From: Candidatus Bathyarchaeia archaeon
GTDB lineage: Archaea; Thermoproteota; Bathyarchaeia; Bathyarchaeales; Bathycorpusculaceae
Direction: 5' to 3'
DNA length: 64,000 nucleotides
Assembly: GCA_038883715.1 (NCBI GenBank)
Contig: JAVZLS010000002.1
Location: forward strand, 64,001-128,000
The notes beneath the pieces are model-generated. The model did not search any database and was not told the origin of the DNA. It was given only the letters and a program-made list of their open reading frames with translations. Made by a program: the position numbers and the translations under genes. Of the stretch, positions 40,321 to 49,454 are shown in pieces; within the stretch, counting starts at the first letter, position 1, and each line of letters starts with the position of its first letter.

Positions 40321-41808
40321 TTACTTTGAATGTTTTTTCATGCGCATTGCTATCGTTATCGTTATCATTAATGCTGTTATAGCGGTCAAAAACCATTGTA
40401 ATGACGTGGCGGATTCTGGGATGACATTTGAGGTAATTAAAGCTACACTATGTAAACCTCCTGGGAGTTCAAAGTAAATGTAAGTGTTCTGTCCATTTTC
40501 TGTTATTGTTGGGGTCGCTCTCCATCCGTCTATTAGTAGTATCCATCCGTCTGTTGACCACATGAAATCTTTTGGAATTGTTATATTACAGTAGCCAACG
40601 TATCCTTCAGCGCCTGTTGCATCAAATAGTAACAATGGTACTCTTGGAGTGAATTCAATAGATGAAATTGAGGAATTACTTTCAATAGTCACCACATATC
40701 CTGGTAGTGGTTCGTATTCTGTTATTCCTATAATGTTGGCGAAACCGTTAACGACCGTGAATGGTATAGGGACGGAGCAATCTGAATTATTGAAAGGTGG
40801 TTCTGGGCGTTCTGGATGCGGGAATGCAGCGAGGCTGAAGAGGTCTGCCAACTTTTCGATAGGGGCGCTTGCGTTGGCTTTAAAGGTGATTGTGCATAGG
40901 GTGGCGTCGCCGTAAGGTTCTACGTGAGTGCCGTTTTCATAGGGTATACCTAAAACTGCTAACCAAACTATTCCATCAGCATTGTTTGTTTCATTCTTTA
41001 TTATCATTATATCGCTCCAGAAGCTAGCAAACCAGCCATCAGGGTCGGCTATCACTTTTGTGGCTTCAAGTAATTTAGGGTCGTATTTTATTTTTATGTC
41101 AAAACCACCTAAATCCCAGTATGGGTCTAAGTTACGTATTGAGACATTTATGTCAAAGATGTGAGGTACTGGTCCCTTGTAGTTTATTGAAGAAATTTCT
41201 AGTGTTGGCCCTTGCGGTTGCGGGATCCCATGAAGTATTATATGTAGGTTAACAATTTCATGTTCTATAGGTTCACCGTAAAAATTAGCTAGGGTGCTAC
41301 CTGTCACATTCACGTATATATGCGAATCGTAAATCATTGGATGCTTCTTTACACGGAACGTCATTTCAAAAGCTACGCCTGTCCCATTGAATTTTGCCGC
41401 TGGTGCCATTGAGGCTTCTGCGAGCCAGTACATGGTTCCTGGCTCTGCTCCTGGCATACTGGCTGATTCGTCCACATCGTCCTTAACAGGAACCGTGGGC
41501 GGATATAATATGCCGTCAGGCCACTGTCCAGACCCAGTTCCTTTTGGTATGTGTTTTTGGTGGCTTACATATTCTATGTATTCTGTTGTCCATCCAACTT
41601 GAATATCTACGCCATAGAGCAGTGAAACATTTTCAATTACGCAGCGAACTGTAAAAGTTTGTCCAGTCGCATTTGCTGGTCCCAATTCAGAAACATCTGA
41701 TACTATTTTTAGTTTGGTTGTTGCTTGTGCTTTTAAAATTTTAATGTTTGTAGTAAGCATTGCAACTGTTAGCAGAAAAGCTATTGTCGCGGCAATTTTC
41801 CTTTTCAT
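40321..41808 (-). CDS. Membrane-anchored two-cohesin protein with a PEF-CTERM-like sorting signal
   Basis: Cohesin 1 LYGVDIQVGW...GVAFEMTF; cohesin 2 LGGFDIKIKYDPKLL...LCTITF; C-terminal domain, then VIPES-TM-RMKKHSK. Confidence 0.8.
   Translation of the reverse strand: MKRKIAATIAFLLTVAMLTTNIKILKAQATTKLKIVSDVSELGPANATGQTFTVRCVIENVSLLYGVDIQVGWTTEYIEYVSHQKHIPKGTGSGQWPDGILYPPTVPVKDDVDESASMPGAEPGTMYWLAEASMAPAAKFNGTGVAFEMTFRVKKHPMIYDSHIYVNVTGSTLANFYGEPIEHEIVNLHIILHGIPQPQGPTLEISSINYKGPVPHIFDINVSIRNLDPYWDLGGFDIKIKYDPKLLEATKVIADPDGWFASFWSDIMIIKNETNNADGIVWLAVLGIPYENGTHVEPYGDATLCTITFKANASAPIEKLADLFSLAAFPHPERPEPPFNNSDCSVPIPFTVVNGFANIIGITEYEPLPGYVVTIESNSSISSIEFTPRVPLLLFDATGAEGYVGYCNITIPKDFMWSTDGWILLIDGWRATPTITENGQNTYIYFELPGGLHSVALITSNVIPESATSLQWFLTAITALMITITIAMRMKKHSK
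41408..41571. repeat. Dispersed ~164-bp repeat copy A (cohesin core)
   Basis: Shares exact 23/32/26-bp blocks with copy B and 29/23-bp blocks with copy C. Confidence 0.9.
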
Positions 41809-41880
41809 TTCATCACCTTAGCCATTATTTGGTTCTGATGAGTATAAGAATTTTACTGATTTTAAATTCAGAAAACCTGT

Positions 41881-41901
41881 TTCCAAAAAAAGGAGGGGTT
41901 G
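41881..41901 (-). terminator. C-rich + oligo-T terminator after the 3-cohesin adaptor gene
   Basis: Minus strand reads caacccctcctttttttggaa. Confidence 0.6.
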
Positions 41902-43821
41902 TTAACAGCGCTGTCCATATTTTGATGAACACGTTACAAGGTCTAAAATGTTAATGAAGCCCCATGGTGGGGCTATGTCTGCATCTGGGTTCCAGTTAGG
42001 GTCTCCTTCATGTGTGCTGTAAGATATTGTAATGGCTACTATGTCGAGAATGTCTATTACTCCGTCACCGTTAACATCGCCTATCATTTTTATTTTCACC
42101 CATCCGTCATGGTAAATGTTGTTTTCCAAGTTTATCTCGTAGGGTACTGGTGAGGCTTCCGCCCATGCTGTAAGGTTGCTACATGGCGTTAAACCAGAAG
42201 TGTTCCAGTTGAACGTCAGTGTTGTGTTTGTCCAAGGAGCTAATGTCACTGTTTGAACACCCACTTTTATTGTGCCAGCGTACAGCGTTACGTTAAAGGT
42301 CTCAGTTGTCATGTTTCCTCTGTTCATCGCCACAACTTCAATCGTGACAATTCTACCTGGATAGACCTTGTTGGAAGACGTAACAGTTACGGAAATAATT
42401 GCTACATCTCTGAGAAGTGTTGCAAAGAAGCCATCCTCTGTTTCATGCCGCATTGAGTTTCCAGTTTGGTCACTTATTCTCGTGTCAAAAAGATCCAGTA
42501 CTGTCTGTCCGTAGTCTTGAACCATGAAGAAAATATGTGTTACAGTTTTTGCTTCATAAATTGAGAATGGTTCTGCAGGCTGGTAGTACTGTACGTAAAC
42601 GCGTATCAGCCCGGCGATGTCATTAATGTTCATTTCTACTGTGAAGTGTGTATCGTTGTTTGGCGGAACTATTATTGCTCCTAGGCATGTTAGAACGTTT
42701 GTGTCGTATGCGAGTTTAAATTCGTAGTCATACATGTCAATAGCGTTTTCGATCATTATATCTATTGAAAATGTGTCGCCAGGTTTCATCGTTGGATCTA
42801 TGAGCTCTGGTGGATAAACAAACATTCTGGTTATTAGCATGTTGTTGAAGTATCCATCATTTGGCTCGTAAATCTCTATTTTGCCTCCTTCGCTGTTCAG
42901 TAATGTCACGTCATGCAAGTCAAGGACGGTTTCTCCTTTATCTAGTATGTGGAATGTTATGTTAGCTAAGTACAAGTCGCCGCTAACTGAAATCTGTGGA
43001 GGTGAAAGCGAAGAAGATACTTCTATTTGGCCTTCCTCCTTTGTTATTATTGGCGGCTGGAATATCGGATTAACACCAACTGTGGATACTTCCAACAAAG
43101 TGCCATTGTATCCAAGCCAGAAGTCAAATGCGTGTAAATCTTGAACATCCTCAACTTTTATTGAAACCGTGAAGTATTGACATGGGTTCAATGTAGAGTC
43201 AACAATCCTTCTGGGATCTACGGATACATAGGCCGGCGGAGGCGGTGGTGGTACATAATTAATAAATAGTCCATCAATTAGAGTGACTGGAATTGGATCT
43301 CCATTCTTGTCTGCGAGGGTGCAGGCGGTGAAATGGAGAGGCGACTTACCTAAGCCGACAACCGTGAATTTCATTTCAAAGATTACTCCACTTCCGTTGA
43401 AAGGTTTAGCTGGTAGTATTGAGGCTTCTGCGAGCCAGTATCTTGTTCCTGGTTCTGCTCCTGGCATACTGGCTGATTCGTCCACGTCATCCTTAACGGG
43501 GATTGTTGGTGGATTGAGTACGCCGTCAGGCCACTGTCCTGCGCTCGTCCCCTTAGGTATGTGTTTTTGGTGGCTTACATACTTTATTATTGTTGGGTTC
43601 CATGTGAATTGAAGGTCTATACCATACAAGTTTGTGACGTTTGCTATTTTGACTTTTATTGTGAAGTTGGCTGGCGGCATTAAATCTTTAATTTCAGGCG
43701 GGTCAACATAAACTACCGCTTGCTCTTGTCCTCCGGAGCTTGATGCTCTGGGTAGGAAAAGGATGGCACTTAGCACTAGAAAAGCTATCAACATGACTAT
43801 TTTCATTCTTTTTAGTTTCAT
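41902..43821 (-). CDS. Scaffoldin-like adaptor: 3 cohesins - CARDB-like Ig - dockerin
   Basis: LYGIDLQFTWNP, LHAFDFWLGYNGTLL, MYDYEFKLAYDTNVL cohesin starts; terminal GDVNGDGVIDILD...ADIAPPWGFINILD; no TM; ATG 43821 after purine-rich SD. Confidence 0.85.
   Translation of the reverse strand: MKLKRMKIVMLIAFLVLSAILFLPRASSSGGQEQAVVYVDPPEIKDLMPPANFTIKVKIANVTNLYGIDLQFTWNPTIIKYVSHQKHIPKGTSAGQWPDGVLNPPTIPVKDDVDESASMPGAEPGTRYWLAEASILPAKPFNGSGVIFEMKFTVVGLGKSPLHFTACTLADKNGDPIPVTLIDGLFINYVPPPPPPAYVSVDPRRIVDSTLNPCQYFTVSIKVEDVQDLHAFDFWLGYNGTLLEVSTVGVNPIFQPPIITKEEGQIEVSSSLSPPQISVSGDLYLANITFHILDKGETVLDLHDVTLLNSEGGKIEIYEPNDGYFNNMLITRMFVYPPELIDPTMKPGDTFSIDIMIENAIDMYDYEFKLAYDTNVLTCLGAIIVPPNNDTHFTVEMNINDIAGLIRVYVQYYQPAEPFSIYEAKTVTHIFFMVQDYGQTVLDLFDTRISDQTGNSMRHETEDGFFATLLRDVAIISVTVTSSNKVYPGRIVTIEVVAMNRGNMTTETFNVTLYAGTIKVGVQTVTLAPWTNTTLTFNWNTSGLTPCSNLTAWAEASPVPYEINLENNIYHDGWVKIKMIGDVNGDGVIDILDIVAITISYSTHEGDPNWNPDADIAPPWGFINILDLVTCSSKYGQRC
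43418..43581. repeat. Dispersed ~164-bp repeat copy B (cohesin core)
   Basis: attgaggcttctgcgagccagta...ggtatgtgtttttggtggcttacata, colinear with copy A at offset 2010. Confidence 0.9.
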
Positions 43822-43915
43822 TTTCCCTTCTCCTCTGCCTATTTTTTGTTGCAAGAAAAACTTAAAGGTTATGGAAGATAGTTCTGGCAAGTCTTTGCAT
43901 GTTCTATTACTGGTA

Positions 43916-45697
43916 TTATTTTCTTTTAAATTTAAGCGCTATTACAATCGCCAAGACGGTCAGCACAAGTATAATTAAAATAGTGTAATAAGGTGTGTAG
44001 CCTTCCGGCTTTGAACTTTGTTCAACCTCAAAGGTTTTTGTTTCACTCTCGGCTGGCATAACATATTCGTTACCTTGCCAGCTTACCTTTACAGTATAGT
44101 TTCCAATGTTTGGGGGCGTCCAAATGCATGTATAGTTTCCAAAGGCATCTGTTTGAGCTGTTAAATTCCAAGTATTTGGACCGTCTGAGATCGTGATGTT
44201 AACGTAAACAGGATTTTCTTGTAGGGGTGTCACGTTCCCCTTTATTGTTATGTTTTGCCCTAAAGTTAGTTTTTCTGGTTCCACTTTTATTGTTATTATG
44301 CTTTTTAGTTTTTCTACGGTTATTAAGCCTGTATTATTGCTTGAACCATATGTTGTGTCGTCGCCAGGCCAGCTTGCCGCGAGTATGTACATTGCTGGTT
44401 TCTCTGGTTTCCAGCTGTGAAAGTAATATCCAGTGCTGTTGGTTTTAACAGTTGTAAGGTTAAGCCATGTTGTGAATTGCAGCGGCTGATAAACCCTCAT
44501 ATATCTTATTGTTATAGTTTGGTTTTCTTTTTCCGGTGTTAACTTGCCTATTATTGTTATTTCTTGACCCCATTTAATTGTTTTTGGGGTGGCTGAAATT
44601 GTTATTGTGCTTTTTAACTTGTCAATCTGTATTTGAATGGTGGTTGAGTCTTTTAGGCCATGATTATCTGTAACGGTTAGCGTTACATTGAACTTACCAC
44701 ATTTCGAATAATTATGTTTTATAATTGGATTTTCTGTTATTGTAGTGTTTCCATCGCCAAAATTCCAAATATAGCTTATAATATTGCCGTCCAGATCATA
44801 GCTTTCTGTCGCATTGAATGTGACTTCATCGTAAATTTTGGGTTTTGGTGGGCTTATTGAGAATTTTGCTATTGGTGGCAAAAGTGTTGAAGGCTTCATT
44901 AATGGTAAATAATCCGTCGCTCCTCCTGTTGTGTGAGGCGTATCGCCTATACCATCGCCATTGTTATCTACTCCCAAATAGTCGCTCCAGTAGTTTCCGC
45001 CTATCGGATAAGTATTGTTCCACTTAGTGTTTGTCCCACGATTCACGGGGTCAACTTGCTGGTTGTTGTTGACGAAATTATTGTGGTAGAACCAGTTTGC
45101 ATTGCATGATTGCTCTATCCAAACGCCGATCTGATTCTTCATAATATTGTTGCCAACAAAAGTATTATTTTGACTATATGCACGCAAAGTTACTGCATAC
45201 TCGTTTTCACGCAAAGTACAATTAAAAACTCTGGAGTTGTTAACATTGTGGAATATGAGTCCCCGGTAGTTGTATTCTATTACTAAATTACTCAAGTAAA
45301 CATTTTGGGCATTAGAAATTAGTATACCCGTTTGTTCCAGTTCTCTTAGATTTTGGACTGTCAAATTTGCAATAATAACGTTTGATGCGCTTATTTTCAT
45401 GGTGACTGCAAGCATTCCGTCGATGCTGTAAATGATAACGTTTGATGCGCTTTCTCCGACTAATACAAGGGTTTTGTTGACTTCTATTCCATTCGTACTG
45501 TTTATGTAATATATTCCGTTTTTAATGAAAATTATGTCTCCCTCATCTGCATGGTTGATTGCCTCTTGGATTGTTGAATAGTCGTCAGGAACTGTGATTG
45601 TCTTTGATGTTTGCCCTTGATGTATAGGAAAAGCTGATATGAGCGAGTATAACATGACTATAGTCAAGAAAATATTTAAATATCCGCGCTTATCCAT
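43916..45697 (-). CDS. Surface protein: NosD-like parallel beta-helix - PKD - two Ig-like domains - TM
   Basis: VPDDYSTIQEAIN, GNYWSDYLGVDNNGDGIGDTP, YIWNFGDG, C-terminal TM + KFKRK. Confidence 0.85.
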   Translation of the reverse strand: MDKRGYLNIFLTIVMLYSLISAFPIHQGQTSKTITVPDDYSTIQEAINHADEGDIIFIKNGIYYINSTNGIEVNKTLVLVGESASNVIIYSIDGMLAVTMKISASNVIIANLTVQNLRELEQTGILISNAQNVYLSNLVIEYNYRGLIFHNVNNSRVFNCTLRENEYAVTLRAYSQNNTFVGNNIMKNQIGVWIEQSCNANWFYHNNFVNNNQQVDPVNRGTNTKWNNTYPIGGNYWSDYLGVDNNGDGIGDTPHTTGGATDYLPLMKPSTLLPPIAKFSISPPKPKIYDEVTFNATESYDLDGNIISYIWNFGDGNTTITENPIIKHNYSKCGKFNVTLTVTDNHGLKDSTTIQIQIDKLKSTITISATPKTIKWGQEITIIGKLTPEKENQTITIRYMRVYQPLQFTTWLNLTTVKTNSTGYYFHSWKPEKPAMYILAASWPGDDTTYGSSNNTGLITVEKLKSIITIKVEPEKLTLGQNITIKGNVTPLQENPVYVNITISDGPNTWNLTAQTDAFGNYTCIWTPPNIGNYTVKVSWQGNEYVMPAESETKTFEVEQSSKPEGYTPYYTILIILVLTVLAIVIALKFKRK

Positions 45698-45739
45698 TTA
45701 TGGTCGCCTTTTTAGATTAAGAGTCCGAATACATCTCTA

Positions 45740-46762
45740 CTAATATTTCTGTCCATATTTTGATGTTACAACTACTACGTCTGAGATATCTATTTTTCCA
45801 CTTGGTTGGAGGTCCACTTCTGGGGTCCAATTTGGGTCTCCGCTTTTTGAGCCATATTTGGAGGTCACAAGTACTACGTCTATTATGTCGATATTGTGAT
45901 CATAGTTCACGTCGGCTAGTATTTGATGTGCTCTTGTGAAGGTTATTGTTCTGCCACCTGTGTATCCTTGTGAGTTTGCGCGTACATGAACAGTATAGTT
46001 TCCGAAGGGAGCTCCGCTTATTTCATCTGGCGGAAGTCTAAATTTTACATAGTATCCGTTTGATTCTTCCAATTTTCCTTCTGTGCTATTTATGCTTAAA
46101 GTTGCTGCCCCTCCACTGGTGGTTATGAGGAAATTAGCATATTTTTCAACAGTGTATGGGATACCTCCTTTTCTAGGCCAGTCTGAGAAGACGCATGCAT
46201 AGAATTTTGCGTTCCCTGTTGAGATCCATGTGTAAAGGGGAAATTCCGGTTTATATTCAATTGTACTGTTGGGCAATATGTCTGTTTCTAGGAATTTTAC
46301 GGATGGAAGTATTGGTGTTGAGTCGTTGTCATAGGCGACAACCGTTATTATAACATGCCTTTCTGCAAGTAGGTCGTTGCTTTTAATCACCACTTTAACG
46401 TGCGCGCTTTTCCCTCTGATGAATGTGTATTTTGGATTTCCATATATATCGCATGGGGTAACTGAGACTATTTCAATAATGTTGGTTAATGTTGGCGAGC
46501 CGGCGGGCACAGCTCTAGTCACTAATGTTTGATTATTTGGGTTTACTACTTCGACGCCAGCTATGCCGCTTACTGGGTTACCCATTAGCTGTAATTCTCC
46601 ATATATTGTTACAAGATTTCGGTATGTGTAGGATGTTTTATCGGTTCTTGCTATTACATCTAACCATTCAACCGATAGGGCGTGAGGTATGCTTAAATAA
46701 AAAATCGATAATGTTGCGTTTAACAAAATTATTGTGAGAATTGGAATCAAAATTTTCCTCAT
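45740..46762 (-). CDS. Secreted Ig-like domain protein with C-terminal dockerin
   Basis: Signal peptide; TDKTSY MG2-like strand; ADVNYDHNIDIID...VDLQPSGKIDISD. Confidence 0.82.
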   Translation of the reverse strand: MRKILIPILTIILLNATLSIFYLSIPHALSVEWLDVIARTDKTSYTYRNLVTIYGELQLMGNPVSGIAGVEVVNPNNQTLVTRAVPAGSPTLTNIIEIVSVTPCDIYGNPKYTFIRGKSAHVKVVIKSNDLLAERHVIITVVAYDNDSTPILPSVKFLETDILPNSTIEYKPEFPLYTWISTGNAKFYACVFSDWPRKGGIPYTVEKYANFLITTSGGAATLSINSTEGKLEESNGYYVKFRLPPDEISGAPFGNYTVHVRANSQGYTGGRTITFTRAHQILADVNYDHNIDIIDVVLVTSKYGSKSGDPNWTPEVDLQPSGKIDISDVVVVTSKYGQKY

Positions 46763-46838
46763 TCCCTCTCCCCTCTAAAACTTTGAATTTTGTATTTAAT
46801 TAATGTTCTGGATTATTCTTCTATCTTCTATGTTTATT

Positions 46839-46866
46839 AAATAAAAAGGGGGGATGGAGGTGGGTT
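46839..46866 (-). terminator. C-rich + oligo-T terminator after the two-cohesin scaffold gene
   Basis: Minus strand reads acccacctccatcccccctttttattt. Confidence 0.65.
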
Positions 46867-46870
46867 TATT

Positions 46871-48757
46871 TTATGCTGCGTTTATTCCGAAGTGGACTAT
46901 TGTTTCTGGTTCTCTTGTTGGGTAGATGGAGTCTCCGCCTAGTGTTGGCCAGTTGTGGAGGACTTGTACGTATATTGTTCCGACGCCTGCTCTGGCGAAC
47001 TTTGGCACGTGGATTGTTAGGGTTACCGTAGTGTTGGCGTATGTGCACCATTCTGCTCCGCCGACTGGTACCCATGTGTAGTCGAAGCCGAAGGGTACTC
47101 CTGTTTCATCTACGGCTGTGACTGTGATTAGTATGTCGAAGGTTTGCCTTGAAACTGTTCCAAGGTCAATTGTTACAGTTATTGTTTCGCAGTGGTTGTA
47201 GGCGTCTTTGTCGACTGTTGTCTTCCAGACGCGGACGTGGTAGTCGTATTTGAATTCTAATGTGTCGGTTACGACTTTGCATGCAACGTCAACTGTGGCC
47301 ACTATCTTCCATACGCCGAACCAGTATTCTGGGTCATCACATGGCCATGGCAATCTAAAGCGTATTACTGCTACGCCGTTCTGGTCTGTTCTGTTGCATA
47401 TTATGCCCCAAATTTCACCATGGGGGTCGATTATTTGGAAGGCTACATCCTTGTTTTGTTCCGGCCAGAAGTTGTATGTTACATTCGCCTTTACAACAAC
47501 TTCCTTCTGTGGCCAGTACATGTCGCCTGGCTCGTTGGGTCCTACGCCGAATATTGTTCCGTCTGGGTAGACTGTGTAGATGTCTATCCATGCGCCTGGG
47601 GGTTTGAAGTAGGCTTTGTATGTTGCTGGGTTAATGAAGTGGTCTAGTGGTACGGCTGAGTCTGAGCCGCTCCATGGTGGATAGGCTCTTTCTGGGTGTG
47701 GGAAGCCGGCTACTGTTGAGTTTACTATGTTTATTAGGCATGATGGTGGCGGATATGTAGCTGATTCATAAACCGCCCTGAAGGTTACTGAAACTATTCT
47801 TCCTTGTCCGCTTGGTGGCGTGTGGGTTCCATCGTCTCCTGGTATTCCTAGGAAGGCTATCCAAATTGTTCCGGCAACGTTGTCTATTTCTGCTTTCACG
47901 GTGAATATGCCGTTTGGCCAGAAGCTTGCAAACCAGTTGTCTGGATCTATGGTTACGCTATCGGCCACTATGAGGGTTGGGTCGAAGGTTATGTGGAAGT
48001 CGAAGCCTGCCACGTCCCAGAATGGGTCTAAATCTACAACTTGCTGGCTGGTTTCATCCCATGCGTGTAGAAAGACATTCTCAACGAAGGTTTGATCCAT
48101 TTTGATATTTTCAACTTTTGATGGCAGTACGCTCAGCTTTGGTGCTGGCGGATAAATTAGTGGTCTCGCGTGGATTATGACTGTGCCATCAAACACGTCA
48201 CAATCTATTGGGTTGCCTAGGTTGTCTGCAAGTGTTACCGTTGTAATGTTTAGGCAAAGGACTTTGTCTGGCTCTCCAGGCATGGGTTGCTTCTTGATTC
48301 TAAAGGTCATGTCGAAGGCTACACCACTTCCAGTGAATGGTTGTGCCGGAGCCATTGAGGCTTCTGCAAGCCAATAGTCGCTGTTGGGGTCTGCTCCAGG
48401 CATTGGAACGCCTTCTGAAACATCGTCCTTAACAGGAACCGTGGGCGGGTACAGTATGCCGTCAGGCCACTGTCCAGCCCCCGTGCCCCTCGGTATGTGT
48501 TTATGGTGGCTTACATATCCTATCCACTCTTCGTCCCAGCCGAATTGTATGTCGACACCGTAAAGGTTGGTCACATTCCAGACTTCAACGGTTACTGTGA
48601 ACTCTTGGTCAACGCATGGTGTTGGTCCGAACTCCAAAAGCTGTGGCACAACTATTACTTTTGGTTTTGGCTCTGCTTCCGCTCTGGGCATGACGATGGC
48701 TAGGGTGCTTGCTAACATTAATGCTGTCATTAATAAGCCGAAAATCTTCCTGTTCAT
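46871..48757 (-). CDS. Secreted two-cohesin + two Ig-like domain protein (candidate major surface/S-layer scaffold)
   Basis: Cohesins LYGVDIQFGWD and VAGFDFHITFDPTL, paralogous to 40321..41808; no TM or dockerin; strongly biased codons; ATG 48757. Confidence 0.8.
   Translation of the reverse strand: MNRKIFGLLMTALMLASTLAIVMPRAEAEPKPKVIVVPQLLEFGPTPCVDQEFTVTVEVWNVTNLYGVDIQFGWDEEWIGYVSHHKHIPRGTGAGQWPDGILYPPTVPVKDDVSEGVPMPGADPNSDYWLAEASMAPAQPFTGSGVAFDMTFRIKKQPMPGEPDKVLCLNITTVTLADNLGNPIDCDVFDGTVIIHARPLIYPPAPKLSVLPSKVENIKMDQTFVENVFLHAWDETSQQVVDLDPFWDVAGFDFHITFDPTLIVADSVTIDPDNWFASFWPNGIFTVKAEIDNVAGTIWIAFLGIPGDDGTHTPPSGQGRIVSVTFRAVYESATYPPPSCLINIVNSTVAGFPHPERAYPPWSGSDSAVPLDHFINPATYKAYFKPPGAWIDIYTVYPDGTIFGVGPNEPGDMYWPQKEVVVKANVTYNFWPEQNKDVAFQIIDPHGEIWGIICNRTDQNGVAVIRFRLPWPCDDPEYWFGVWKIVATVDVACKVVTDTLEFKYDYHVRVWKTTVDKDAYNHCETITVTIDLGTVSRQTFDILITVTAVDETGVPFGFDYTWVPVGGAEWCTYANTTVTLTIHVPKFARAGVGTIYVQVLHNWPTLGGDSIYPTREPETIVHFGINAA
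48354..48517. repeat. Dispersed ~164-bp repeat copy C (cohesin core)
   Basis: acatcgtccttaacaggaaccgtgggcgg (48420-48448) identical to 41474-41502. Confidence 0.88.
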
Positions 48758-48870
48758 TTCCCTCTTTCCCCTTCTCCTTTCTTTCAGCAAGAAATATTTT
48801 GATGCGTTTCTCTAATTAAAGGTTTCTGGAGAAATCTTCTATGCCAAACCCAAAGCCATAAACTAAAATA

Positions 48871-49275
48871 TTAATTTTTAGCTCCAGCGGGTTTCTCTTC
48901 GGCTTTCCCCTTCTTATCCTTTCTCTTAATCAATTTTTTATATTCTTCTAAAAGCTGGTCAACTTCAGGGACCTTCTGCCTTCTCGGCGGGGTGAAAAGT
49001 GGATCTGAGCTCTTGACAATTTTAACTTCTTTTAAATCATATTGGGCTTTTAGGCGTTTTTCCTCCCAAATTAACGCGTATATAATGATGGCTATCGGCC
49101 CTATCAAAAATAGCAGTGGATTAACGAAAAGAAGGTAAAGTTCTACGTATAGGAATATTGCAAATAGGGTTGGGAGCCAAAACCAGAAGGATGTTAGGCA
49201 AACCTTGATAATTACCAATATCTCTTTAGTAGACTCCTTTAAGCTTTGTTTTTCTTCGTTTTCCTCACTGGACAA
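48871..49275 (-). CDS. Small 2-TM membrane protein
   Basis: Two TM helices, charged tail; resembles 28460..28849. Confidence 0.7.
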   Translation of the reverse strand: MSSEENEEKQSLKESTKEILVIIKVCLTSFWFWLPTLFAIFLYVELYLLFVNPLLFLIGPIAIIIYALIWEEKRLKAQYDLKEVKIVKSSDPLFTPPRRQKVPEVDQLLEEYKKLIKRKDKKGKAEEKPAGAKN

Positions 49276-49454
49276 AACGGCTTCCCCATGGTATAGGAAA
49301 CGCCACGTTTGTATTTAAGTTTTAACGCATAGAACGATGTTTCACCTCCTGTTTATGTGTTCTACTCATATAGAACATTTTTCCAAAAACTTTAATTATT
49401 CGAAGCGCGAAACCATTACTTGCGGAAAATAGAGAGGAAAAGGGGAGAAAAATT

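Noticed and set aside
41408-48517. Diversity-generating retroelement template/variable repeats
   Set aside because: No reverse transcriptase in the window, all copies lie inside intact ORFs, and mismatches are not confined to adenines.
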